Of a stretch of 64,000 nucleotides of DNA, positions 20,606-29,895 are shown piece after piece. Position 1 is the first letter of the stretch. The number at the start of each line of letters is the position of its first letter. The notes below the pieces were generated by a model. It was not told the origin of the DNA. It saw only the letters and a program-made list of their open reading frames with translations, and did not search any database. The translations under genes and the position numbers were made by a program. This DNA comes from Theionarchaea archaeon (GTDB taxonomy: Archaea; Methanobacteriota_B; Thermococci; Methanofastidiosales; SZ-28-30), in the NCBI GenBank assembly GCA_018992685.1, contig JACVGT010000025.1:27432-91431 (forward strand). The letters are read 5' to 3'.

Positions 20606-20917
20606 TTGTATAAAACAGGGTCTATTCTCATAGGGATAATACTGGTGGTGGGAATGATTCTGGATACGTACGTAGAAAGAAGCATTTCTAGCCTAGATCT
20701 AGATTCATTGCATGACTTAGAAACTTGGTCTAAATTTTTTATCCAGAAAGGGGAAGGTCCATCGGATCAATATGAGTTAATTGCAGAAACTTACGCTGAT
20801 ATCATCAGAGATGGGATTCAATTCCTTACTCCTTCCTGGATCACAACATTCCTGACCATTACAGGCGTCTTCCTTCTAGCGTGGTTCAGTTATAAGGTTG
20901 GTGTTTTGAGTAAATGA
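20606..20917 (+). CDS. Small hypothetical membrane protein
   Basis: TM segments at both termini; TTG start uncertain. Confidence 0.5.
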   Translation: MYKTGSILIGIILVVGMILDTYVERSISSLDLDSLHDLETWSKFFIQKGEGPSDQYELIAETYADIIRDGIQFLTPSWITTFLTITGVFLLAWFSYKVGVLSK

Positions 20918-21415
20918 GAGAAGATCTTTTCTTTCATGCAGAAGAAGAAGGTGGAGTTTTTTCTGCTGAGAATGGTGGCGAGTTTCAGATCGTTTAGGAC
21001 GATAATGGAAATGGCAAAAATCGCCTTACAGCCAAAACTGGCAAATAGATATATCGACGATGTTATCACGGCATTAGATGCTTCCATCTGAAGTAGTAGG
21101 GAATTCTATGCATCTTCAAGCCTATGCTGTCAACCCAGAACAATCTCTCGCTTAAGATACAGCGCAACCTTCTAATTCAGTGAGGTCACAGTCAAAGATG
21201 ATGCTATGACCCAGAGAATTGTCGTAGGGACCGGAGAATCCTTGGACATCATGGATCATCATGATTTATGGCGATTGCTCAAGGAAGCTTTCAGGACACC
21301 TGTTGTCTGCAGTGAATGTTAGATCGTGGTACAGGTGTGTAACATTACCTCCTTGGAGACTCCCCAGGATCTGGTGAATCTCCTATCTTCTCTGGATAAG
21401 ACATGGAACCTGATT

Positions 21416-21607
21416 AGACATCACATCGGTCAGTAGATGGCTCAAAAATTGTAATGGCACGGTGCCACAAATTGGCCTTTTGAGATGGCACCGTGCTGCT
21501 CATTGAGTGATTTTACATCAAAATGAGCCCAGATTCAAGGAAAATGTAGTGAAGAAGATGGCACTGTGCCAATCAAACCTCCTTGGATAACTGAATTCAA
21601 AAGTTTT
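21416..21607. repeat. Palindrome-array repeat B, copy 1 (three TGGCAC-N-GTGCCA boxes at 21455, 21486 [imperfect] and 21559)
   Basis: Colinear similarity with 43549-43772. Confidence 0.9.
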
Positions 21608-21706
21608 AACAATTCCAAGTATCGTGTAAGCCTTGGCAGCAATCAAATTACTGAAAGTGAGAATGAAAAAAGGAAAAGTTGTTAGGGATCAAAACAAGTT
21701 AACTCA

Positions 21707-21717
21707 AGCCGAGGGAG
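21707..21717. mobile_element. Candidate att core: copy of the tRNA-Cys 3' end
   Basis: AGCCGAGGGAG identical to 46780-46790; ends 66 bp before the integrase ATG. Confidence 0.7.
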
Positions 21718-21753
21718 CGCTTCTGAAGTTGGTGTTAAGAGCCCACCAAAACA

Positions 21754-21761
21754 TTTATAAA
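21754..21761 (+). promoter_or_regulatory. TATA box of the integrase (probably leaderless transcript)
   Basis: TTTATAAA preceded by CCAAAACA, ending 22 bp before ATG 21783. Confidence 0.6.
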
Positions 21762-21782
21762 GGGCAGGTGGTTCCAGGGTGT

Positions 21783-22994
21783 ATGTTGTATGACTTTGAC
21801 CGCCGCCTTGAAAGCATGAAAAAAAAGATAAGGGGGCTTGAGGAAAAAGAGAATGCTGAGATCATCTTGAAGTTTCTCAATCAGCTCTTTGCAGAAGGGT
21901 TGTCAAAGCCCAGGGTCTTGAAGTATGCCACTCATCTCAAAGTGATATCAGAGAAAATGGGCAAGAACTTCTCAGAGATAGAAAAGGATGATCTAATTTG
22001 GTATTTATCAGAGTTGGAACAATCTGACTATTCTGCTCAAACAAAAAGAGACTACAAGGTGGTTCTCAAACGATTCTTTCCATACATTGGGAAAGGGGAG
22101 CTGGTATCGGATATAAAGACGACTTTAAGAGGAAATAAGAAGACACTGCCAGAGGAGCTACTAACAAAGAAGGATGTGGAAACATTGATTGAGGCTGCAA
22201 AACATCCTCGAGATAAGGCTCTCATCGGCATTCTGTATGAGGGAGGATTGAGGATAGGAGAACTGACAAGTCTCAAGATTAAGAATGTGCAATTTGATGA
22301 ACATGGTGCTGTCTTAAAGGTTCGGGGTAAAACGGGGGAACGACGGGTAAGAGTTGTGTTGTTTGCTTCTTCACTGGCAAAATGGATGGAAATGCATCCT
22401 GAGGGCGACAACAAGGAAGCACCCCTCTGGGTTAATCTGTCGAATAATTACAGGAAAAAGGGAATAACATATGAAGGGTTATACCAGAAGCTCAAGAGGA
22501 TTGCCAAGAAGGCAGGGATAAAGAAGAAGTTGAATTTTCACAATTTCAGGCATTCCAGGGCCACCCACCTGGCTCAGCAATTGACAGAGGCCCAGATGAA
22601 CGTGTACTTTGGGTGGGTCCAGGGAAGTGATATGCCAGCTACATATGTGCACTTGAGTGGGAGAGATGTTGATGACAGGATCCTAGAGATCCATGGAGTG
22701 AAACCCAAAGACAACGACAAGGATGACCAGTTAAAACCTCAGGTGTGCCCCCGGTGCAAGTACATCAATTCACCTGTTAGCCGATATTGTGGAAGGTGTG
22801 GGACAGTCCTTGATGAGAAGGAACGATTGAGAATGGAGATGGAGAGCAGGGGATTAACGAAGGGCTTCCCAGATATAGGTGTTGAGGATGCTGGGGTATT
22901 GGAGGGGATGAAGAAGTTCAGAGATGTGCTGGAATTGCTTGAGAAGCATCCGGATCTGTTCAAGAAAATGAGAACACTGCTGGAAGGGACGTGA
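21783..22994 (+). CDS. Tyrosine integrase/recombinase with C-terminal zinc ribbon (archaeal SNJ2-like)
   Basis: Catalytic R (GGLRIGE), K (RGKTG), HxxR (HNFRH), W (FGW), Y (ATYVH); CPRC...CGRC ribbon; start revised from 21633 to 21783. Confidence 0.92.
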   Translation: MLYDFDRRLESMKKKIRGLEEKENAEIILKFLNQLFAEGLSKPRVLKYATHLKVISEKMGKNFSEIEKDDLIWYLSELEQSDYSAQTKRDYKVVLKRFFPYIGKGELVSDIKTTLRGNKKTLPEELLTKKDVETLIEAAKHPRDKALIGILYEGGLRIGELTSLKIKNVQFDEHGAVLKVRGKTGERRVRVVLFASSLAKWMEMHPEGDNKEAPLWVNLSNNYRKKGITYEGLYQKLKRIAKKAGIKKKLNFHNFRHSRATHLAQQLTEAQMNVYFGWVQGSDMPATYVHLSGRDVDDRILEIHGVKPKDNDKDDQLKPQVCPRCKYINSPVSRYCGRCGTVLDEKERLRMEMESRGLTKGFPDIGVEDAGVLEGMKKFRDVLELLEKHPDLFKKMRTLLEGT

Positions 22995-23072
22995 TATAAT
23001 TTGGGCTATTTCCCCCCATCTTTATTAGTGAGAGGAGAATCATAGAACTAGACCACATATCTTTCGTATTGT

Positions 23073-25355
23073 ATGAGCAGCCTTTATATACTTAGATTTC
23101 AATCTCCAAATATGTTATATAGTGCCATACTCTTCGCGGTGTTTTTATTCTTCGTCTCTATATGCGTTAGATTGTTCATGAAGGTTAAAAAGTGGAAGTT
23201 GATTTTAATTGATATCATTTGTTTCGCAATAATCGCTTCTACTACTGCTTACTACATTTTCCCAAAAGACACAAAGTCTGAGGATATCTACGTTTTCCTG
23301 AATGTATATTTCGATGACCGCGGGGAAAACGACTATGATGAGAATGGAAAGGTACAACAAGTTTTCCTTCTTTATCAAGAAGACCACACAAGGGTCCTGA
23401 TGTATTGCTGTTGCGTTCATCACCCCCAAGACATCGATTTTCGGCTGCTTCTTGAATATTGGAATCCCTATTCACTAAGCATGGATTTCCCGCAGAACGA
23501 AACTCTCAAATTTTTTATAATCCCTTTAGATAATTATAGTGACCGAGACCTTCTTTTTCGATCTGAAGATGATCTAGAAAAGGAATTTCCTGATTTCCAG
23601 ATGACCCGCGATCCTAATAAAGAAACGGGATATTTTAGTATGTCATCTGTTGAAGATAAGATCATGGAAAGAAATTTCTGGATTTGCTTTGATGTTGAGC
23701 CATTAGAATTTGGAACGCAGGCATATGTCCATGTCAAATTTAATAGTTGGTTGCCTGCTGACTTAATTTCACTGTGGGTCGATGAAAAACATGATATAGT
23801 TCTCAGTTTTCCTCCGGGAAAACCATCCACTGACCATGTGAACTTTGATGTCTATGGAAAATTTCAGGAATGTACGATCAAAGTCAGAGAGACTAAACGA
23901 TTCAATGAAGCTTGGTTCGTAGCAGTATTCGCAACTTTGATTACTATGACATCCTATTATCCCAGTATTAATAGAGAGAACGGCCAAACTGGAGAAATGC
24001 ATGAAAGAGGACACCTAAATCCCGAAATATCCCCTTTCTTGATTTCTCTTATCTCTGCAATATTTGTGTTCATTATTTCTTCAAGAGATAATTTTGTCGA
24101 TAATAGCGACAATACTCGATATATGCTTAGTGCTCTTGTGCAAAGCGAAGCAGCAATCATTGCTATTTTTGTGACGATAGGGCTCGTCGGGGTGCAACTG
24201 GCAGGAGTTTATTCTCCTGCATTAGCGAAAGCTTTCAGAACAAGCAATGGGCTCAAAGGACTCGTTTTTCTGTATATTTTTTCGATATCCTTAGGGCTTT
24301 ATATTCTTGGAGCGCATGATTCAACTCCGGCAATCTACATCAGACTTTGTTTTTCTCTTGGAGTTTTCTGTTTTGTAGCTTTTGCTCTTTATGCATTTGA
24401 CGCGATTGAAATGACCGAACCTACCCGATTCATCGAGAAACAGTGCCAAAAGATTAATGGATGTAATATTTTCCAGAAAGATGATCCTATTCAATCCATT
24501 TTCGATATTATAGGAGCGCTGATACGGAAATATGATGAAAGAACGGCAATATACGGATTAGACAAAATGGGAGAAGGAATTGAACTTATGTTGAAAAATG
24601 AGAAGTTCGAGAAAAAGGAGGAAATCGAAGTCTCAAATAAGATCCGCTTTGCATTCAAGGATATCGGTATATTGGCATTTCATCAAGGAAATGAGAATGT
24701 GGTACTCGAGGTTTTAGAACGTCTCGAGAGTATAGGCAATATAGCAATAGAAAATGATCTTGAAATAGTGGCTCGGAAATCTGCAGAATCTCTTGGGTCG
24801 ATTGGAGAGACCATTGTCACCAAGCAGTTCTTAGAAGAGAGAATGGATGACAGCCTAGTAGCCTACAATATCCAGGAAACTGAGAAAATTGCTTTGTCTG
24901 CTTTGGAGAAGGGATACAAAGCAGCAACTGTTGCGACGAGAAAGCTTGGAATAATTGGAGAAATTGCTATCAAGAGAGGATTTGGGAATGTAACACATGA
25001 TATAATCGAGTCATTGGAAGAAATCACGAAGAGTGCTGGAAAAAGGAAAGGGAAGACAAATAAGAGTGGGATAGTGATATCAAATATTGAGCTGGATAGA
25101 ACCATAGGAGGTGCAGTCGAATACATTAATAGTATTGCGAAGAATGCTGTTGAATTAAAATACGAGGATATAAGCGAGCACGCAATTCACTCTCTTGAGG
25201 CAGTAATTGACTGCGTTCTCATGATTGATCATAGCTACACAGCCAAACAAGTTAGAGAACAAATAGAGAAAACAAAGCACGCAGTACAAAAGGAGAAAAA
25301 CAGAAGTTTATCATTAGACTTGGAAGAGATCCTTAGAAAGCTTGATTCTGCTTGA
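23073..25355 (+). CDS. Large multi-pass membrane protein with a DUF2254-like TM core and helical-repeat C-terminus
   Basis: YMLSALVQSEAAIIAIFVTIGLVGVQLA..YSP motif; A/I/E-rich helical repeats. Confidence 0.7.
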   Translation: MSSLYILRFQSPNMLYSAILFAVFLFFVSICVRLFMKVKKWKLILIDIICFAIIASTTAYYIFPKDTKSEDIYVFLNVYFDDRGENDYDENGKVQQVFLLYQEDHTRVLMYCCCVHHPQDIDFRLLLEYWNPYSLSMDFPQNETLKFFIIPLDNYSDRDLLFRSEDDLEKEFPDFQMTRDPNKETGYFSMSSVEDKIMERNFWICFDVEPLEFGTQAYVHVKFNSWLPADLISLWVDEKHDIVLSFPPGKPSTDHVNFDVYGKFQECTIKVRETKRFNEAWFVAVFATLITMTSYYPSINRENGQTGEMHERGHLNPEISPFLISLISAIFVFIISSRDNFVDNSDNTRYMLSALVQSEAAIIAIFVTIGLVGVQLAGVYSPALAKAFRTSNGLKGLVFLYIFSISLGLYILGAHDSTPAIYIRLCFSLGVFCFVAFALYAFDAIEMTEPTRFIEKQCQKINGCNIFQKDDPIQSIFDIIGALIRKYDERTAIYGLDKMGEGIELMLKNEKFEKKEEIEVSNKIRFAFKDIGILAFHQGNENVVLEVLERLESIGNIAIENDLEIVARKSAESLGSIGETIVTKQFLEERMDDSLVAYNIQETEKIALSALEKGYKAATVATRKLGIIGEIAIKRGFGNVTHDIIESLEEITKSAGKRKGKTNKSGIVISNIELDRTIGGAVEYINSIAKNAVELKYEDISEHAIHSLEAVIDCVLMIDHSYTAKQVREQIEKTKHAVQKEKNRSLSLDLEEILRKLDSA

Positions 25356-25549
25356 GAAGTACTCAAGACTGTCAGATTTCTATCAATCTATCGATAGAGA
25401 GTAGCTGAACAGAGACTACTCAACACGGGCTGATAGAGAAAAATGCCATGGAGCACTGGATCAATGTCCTTATTCTCTTAATTCTGCTACTCATGCTTTA
25501 TGATCTCACATTCGAAAGTTGTGCTGACTCATCAAGACAAGAAAAACGG

Positions 25550-25580
25550 AAAAATAAAAAAGGTGGCAGCATATGCTGCC
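25550..25580 (-). terminator. Hairpin plus T-tract terminator
   Basis: Perfect palindrome GGCAGCATATGCTGCC (25565-25580) followed on the minus strand by a T run; same element at 27557-27587. Confidence 0.7.
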
Positions 25581-25587
25581 TGCAAAA

Positions 25588-25917
25588 TCACTGCTCAGGA
25601 TCTGCCCCTAGTTCCATTATGGCCAGAGCCATACTCCTGACCACAATGTCACCGCTCATTGCGATCTTCTGGAGCCACTCCTTGTTCTCCTCGTCTGCCT
25701 CGTCAGTATCATCACTGCATTCCCACAAAGATTCATGAGCCCGGACATCCTTGACCAGACGCCTGTACAACTGTGCTTCAGAGAGGATTTTCCTGAATTG
25801 TTTCACCAGCCAGATAAAGGTCTGATTCTTATTCCCTGTGCTGAAGTGGCTCATGATCTTGCGGAACTCCTTTTCCGTGTCTTTATCCACCACAAAACTG
25901 AGACGTTGTGTACGCAT
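25588..25917 (-). CDS. Ribbon-helix-helix-like small regulator (intact copy)
   Basis: N-terminal alternating strand RLSFVV, helix KDTEKEFRKIMSHF, turn GNKNQ, helix TFIWLVKQF. Confidence 0.6.
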   Translation of the reverse strand: MRTQRLSFVVDKDTEKEFRKIMSHFSTGNKNQTFIWLVKQFRKILSEAQLYRRLVKDVRAHESLWECSDDTDEADEENKEWLQKIAMSGDIVVRSMALAIMELGADPEQ

Positions 25918-26092
25918 GGTATCCCATCCATAATTGAATATTGCAGCCATTGGTCTCACATGACGGCACCGATGGAGTCAATGAGCATGTGCCAGAAGAC
26001 ACCGTTCTGGACGAAGATGGCAAACTGGACAATGAAGGGAGCATCAGGGTTTAAATTCAATTTCTCAGGATTATTGCGTGATTGTCCTATTG

Positions 26093-26473
26093 TTATGATT
26101 CCCAAAATGGGCAATACTGCCTGCTGATTGGCTTTCTGTGCAGTTTTCGCTTGATTTGTATTTTATATTTTTTCTTTTCAGTCATTCTTTCTTTCATTTG
26201 TCCTAAGGATATTAGAATAATTATAACTCCACCTACTGCAAGCGAACAATAGAAAAAGTTTATATCTGACCCTGGAAGAGGTTTCCTAAAAATGCCGTAA
26301 TAAGAAACTGAAAAACCTGCATAAATTCCACATATACAAAGAAAGAAATAATACATATCCAGAACTATCTCGTTAATTGATATCAATTTTCCCTTTGTAA
26401 AGAGAATTATGAATTTGATAAACACCAATACTAAGAGAAGGATTATTAGAATCAATGTGGGATTATGAGGCAT
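26093..26473 (-). CDS. Hypothetical membrane protein (3 TM), low GC
   Basis: Hydrophobic segments; overlaps the upstream gene. Confidence 0.6.
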   Translation of the reverse strand: MPHNPTLILIILLLVLVFIKFIILFTKGKLISINEIVLDMYYFFLCICGIYAGFSVSYYGIFRKPLPGSDINFFYCSLAVGGVIIILISLGQMKERMTEKKKYKIQIKRKLHRKPISRQYCPFWES

Positions 26474-26894
26474 TTGATTGTTCCCTCCTTTCGATGATGT
26501 GGAAATTGGAATTATTAACCAGATTTGAATATCTGAGTAATATCTTCAAATTTTCTAGTAGGATATTATCTACATACTCTAGTTCAAGCTGTATTCCCAT
26601 CCCAAACTCATTATACCATTTTTTATACTCTAGAAAAGCTCCTTTGATCTTTTCACACGTTCTATCTAGACTCTCTTCATCAAACCTTATCCTGGTTTGC
26701 TCATTCAAACAGTATTCGACATCCTTTATCAAATCTTCAATCAGAGGATACACTCTATTGATATGAGATCCAATCTTCTGCCTCATTTCAATTTTTCTTT
26801 GATGCCTAAATCTGATCTCTTCAACGGAGATTTCGATTATCAGATTTCGTAGAGCTGATAATAGTACTTTTAAGACTTCGATTACAGCATTCAT
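26463..26894 (-). CDS. Hypothetical helical protein, low GC
   Basis: ATGA overlap with the upstream ORF; RBS-like AGGTGG. Confidence 0.6.
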   Translation of the reverse strand: MNAVIEVLKVLLSALRNLIIEISVEEIRFRHQRKIEMRQKIGSHINRVYPLIEDLIKDVEYCLNEQTRIRFDEESLDRTCEKIKGAFLEYKKWYNEFGMGIQLELEYVDNILLENLKILLRYSNLVNNSNFHIIERREQSNAS

Positions 26895-27142
26895 TTCAGA
26901 CCACCTAATGCCTTTCTCTCTATTAGGAAATTGAGAACGCGAGAATAATCTCTGGGGAGTTTCATTTTAGAATATCCTATGAGATGATAATCTATTGAAA
27001 TTTCCCGAGTTTTGAAGGTTCTTGTCTTGCTTTCTATTAGAAATCTTATGATTGACAGTATATCCCCTTCATCATTATTATCGTCCTCCCTCTTCATCAA
27101 ATATGTTCTCTTCAGAGGTTTTGCATTAAATCCCGGATCCAT
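26891..27142 (-). CDS. Small hypothetical protein
   Basis: 83-aa ORF, first of three coupled genes. Confidence 0.5.
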   Translation of the reverse strand: MDPGFNAKPLKRTYLMKREDDNNDEGDILSIIRFLIESKTRTFKTREISIDYHLIGYSKMKLPRDYSRVLNFLIERKALGGLK

Positions 27143-27556
27143 GAGTAGAAGTTGGTTCAGCTGCTTTTAAGCTTTTGCCGAAAGGATTATAGACTGTCAA
27201 AAATAGATATAAAAGCATATAATGGTATATAATTGCGTAGAGTGTTACATAACTAATTAGACAAATATGAGTAACATGAGTTTTTCCTAGTCCTGGTTCA
27301 CTTCCACATTAATTGACATATAGCATTTTAAATTCCTTGAATGGGAAGAAGATTTAAGAATATGGCATACAGAAACTCCATTGCTCCAGTACACGAACCT
27401 GAGAATTTAGTATTACTTCAATTGGTTATTCACCTTCCAAGTAATCCAAAAAATGGAACACCAAGCATTTTCATCATGAAATCGTGTTTATCAAGTTCGA
27501 ATATTCGAGAATTTTATTGAACATACCATGTTCTCAAAAGAAGATATTCTAAATCA

Positions 27557-28091
27557 AAAAATAAAAAAGGTGGCAGCATATGCTGCCTGCAAAATCACTG
27601 CTCAGGATCTGCCCCTAGTTCCATTATGGCCAGAGCCATACTCCTGACCACAATGTCACCGCTCATTGCGATCTTCTGGAGCCACTCCTTGTTCTCCTCG
27701 TATCCTGGTCATCTGACTCTGCCTCTTCAGTGTCATCAGTGCATTCCCACAGAGCTTCATGGGCCTGGACATCCTTGACCAGACGCCTGTACAACTGTGC
27801 TTCAGAGAGGATTCTCCTGAATTGTTTTACCAGCCAGATAAAGGTCTGATTCTTGTTTCCTGTGCTGAAGTGGCTCATGATCTTGCGGAACTCCTTTTCC
27901 GTGTCTTTGTCCACCACAAAACTGAGACGTTGTGTGCGCATGGTATCCCATCCATGAGTTGTATGTTGTAATCATTGGTCTCACATGACGGCACCGATGG
28001 AGTCAATGAGCATGTGCCAGAAGACACCGTTCTGGACGAAGATTGCGAACTGGACAATGAAAGGCGCATCAGGGTTCAAGTTCAATTTCTC
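27557..28091. repeat. ~535-bp direct repeat C, copy 2
   Basis: Aligns with 25550-26066. Confidence 0.93.
27595..27941 (-). pseudogene. Frameshifted copy of the RHH-like gene
   Basis: 17 extra nt (ATCCTGGTCATCTGACT, about 27702-27718) relative to copy 1 give a premature stop at 27663; the original stop is still present at 27595. Confidence 0.75.
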
Positions 28092-28403
28092 GTAGACCAC
28101 GGGGATAATGACGAAAGCAACGACAGCAGAGAGGATCACCTCAGGGATGCTGACGGCTGGGTTTAGAGTTCCAGATCTGAACTGCATGATGGCTGAACTG
28201 AGTAGGACACCCACAAAGGCTCCAAGATACATGAGGACCTGGCGCAGCACAGTGAGGTAAGGGAGATCATCAAGTTCAGGTGCATCCAGTTCTTCAGTCT
28301 CCTGGTATGCAGCTGCCATGGTGCCATTATGCAGAGAGCCACCGTTGTTATTCTCCCATGCTTTTCTCACCCGTTCATTGAGATCAAAGTACTGCTTCAT
28401 CAT
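27981..28403 (-). CDS. Hypothetical 3-TM membrane protein
   Basis: Three hydrophobic segments; ATGA overlap with the upstream gene. Confidence 0.75.
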   Translation of the reverse strand: MMKQYFDLNERVRKAWENNNGGSLHNGTMAAAYQETEELDAPELDDLPYLTVLRQVLMYLGAFVGVLLSSAIMQFRSGTLNPAVSIPEVILSAVVAFVIIPVVYEKLNLNPDAPFIVQFAIFVQNGVFWHMLIDSIGAVM

Positions 28404-29218
28404 AGAGATTCCTCCACAGTAATCTCTGACTCCTGAATTAAACCGTCCTCATTGAGATCCTTCCAGCGCAGTAACACCATTCGGCAGTCTTCATAGTCTT
28501 TCCAGGTATCAGGGTTGGCCACAAAGATGGATCCAGCTAGTGTCCCCTGCCACCCGTAGCCCCAGACCATCAGGATGTTCCGCCCTCTGTATTCTCTTAA
28601 GTAGACAATGCAGATGTCTTCTGCAGGGTATTTCTCCAGATCCAGGTAGATGGACTTTGACTCAGCATTGATCTTGAAGGACTCGTTGATGTTGTACTCA
28701 TAGGTTATTCTCAGTAGCTTTCCCAGTTCAACAGCCAATTCGTTTACTGCAGGTCCTCCCACAACAATGAGGTTCCCCGTGTCATGTTCCTCGTCAGTCA
28801 GCAGCATGTCAGTTCGACTTTCCGGGTTCTGCTGGCACCCACCCCAAGCCAATGCATACGAGATATTGGCTGCACCCAGGACATCGGGAGTTTCAGCCTT
28901 TTCTCCCACGATCAGGTAAGAATTCTTGCGGAAGAGTGTGGCCAGCGTGTGAAAGGTTTCTCTCAAGTGGTCAGTATTGTCAACATCGATAATGTCAGGT
29001 TCGTAATCAGTCTCAGGTTCATCCTCTTCAGCACTGTAGACTGCAGGTGCCGGAATAGGTGATTGCTGTAACTCAGAAAACAAGGTAGCAGGATCTACGG
29101 TCACCGTGATGTGACCAGGTACACCAGGATCTCCCACAGCTACCAACACAACAACTGAATTGACCCCGGACATGACCACTACAAGAACCAGGACTAGAGA
29201 AATCATTCTGTCATCCAT
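28400..29218 (-). CDS. Membrane-anchored or secreted protein with an S-layer-type domain
   Basis: N-terminal hydrophobic stretch; IVGEKAETPDVLGAANI and NLIVVGGPAVNELA match motifs of Methanococcales/Thermococcales S-layer proteins; RBS GGGGTGA. Confidence 0.7.
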   Translation of the reverse strand: MDDRMISLVLVLVVVMSGVNSVVVLVAVGDPGVPGHITVTVDPATLFSELQQSPIPAPAVYSAEEDEPETDYEPDIIDVDNTDHLRETFHTLATLFRKNSYLIVGEKAETPDVLGAANISYALAWGGCQQNPESRTDMLLTDEEHDTGNLIVVGGPAVNELAVELGKLLRITYEYNINESFKINAESKSIYLDLEKYPAEDICIVYLREYRGRNILMVWGYGWQGTLAGSIFVANPDTWKDYEDCRMVLLRWKDLNEDGLIQESEITVEESL

Positions 29219-29238
29219 GTACTATCACCCCAGAAGAA

Positions 29239-29895
29239 TTAAGGGACTAGCCCCGAATCGCGCACCAGTCCGGAGGCATCTCTGACAAGGCCTGAAGCAT
29301 CTCGTACGAGACCAGAAGCCTGGCCTGCCAGTAGTATAACGTCTTCAGTCTCTGCGTAGGCTACCTGGTTCTCCAGTTGTCCCGCTCTCTTTTCGATCTC
29401 ATCTGCTCTCTTGATTTGCGATTCAATTTTCTCTGTAGAATTACCTCTCACCAGTCCTGAGGCATTGCGTACCAGACTGGATGCATCCCTCACGAGACCG
29501 GAGGCATCTTTTACCAGACTGGATACGTCCTGTACCAATGCTGAGGGATCTGCAGTCTCTGCCAACGTAATAACACGTCTCACATACCGTGAAAATTGGA
29601 CAGTCCCTTTTGATAGATTCTGGACAGTCTCAGTCAATCTCCGGTAAGAACAAGCAGTCTCATCATCTGTGACCAGTCTGGATGAATCTCTCACGAGACC
29701 TGAGGCATCCCTCACTAATCCAGAGGCATCCCGAACCAATCCAGAGGCATTCCTTACAAGCCCAGATGCGGAAGGTCTTACCTTTCCGCAGTCCAGAGCG
29801 GCAGTACTTTCACGTACTGCTTCATCGAGCTCCAGGATAGCATTATCTGTATCCTGGACAGTCCTAATTTCAATTACGACTATATCCGTTCGCAT
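29239..29895 (-). CDS. ASGLVRD heptad-repeat protein of unknown function
   Basis: Three blocks of (ASGLVR[D/N])n separated by non-repetitive helices; upstream TATA TTTATATA at 29983-29990. Confidence 0.85.
   Translation of the reverse strand: MRTDIVVIEIRTVQDTDNAILELDEAVRESTAALDCGKVRPSASGLVRNASGLVRDASGLVRDASGLVRDSSRLVTDDETACSYRRLTETVQNLSKGTVQFSRYVRRVITLAETADPSALVQDVSSLVKDASGLVRDASSLVRNASGLVRGNSTEKIESQIKRADEIEKRAGQLENQVAYAETEDVILLAGQASGLVRDASGLVRDASGLVRDSGLVP

Larger units (their letters stand above)
25550..26066. repeat. ~520-bp direct repeat C, copy 1
   Basis: Aligns with 27557-28091; the first 145 bp are identical and the rest carries scattered substitutions. Confidence 0.93.

Noticed and set aside
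21633-21782. 50-aa N-terminal extension of the integrase in the ORF track (SSV-type split integrase)
   Set aside because: It starts at TTG and spans the att core and TATA box; ATG 21783 fits a leaderless start, and I saw no matching N-terminal fragment at the tRNA end
29239-29780. 21-bp periodic repeats as a CRISPR array
   Set aside because: They are in-frame coding heptads with synonymous variation and no spacers; no cas genes in the window
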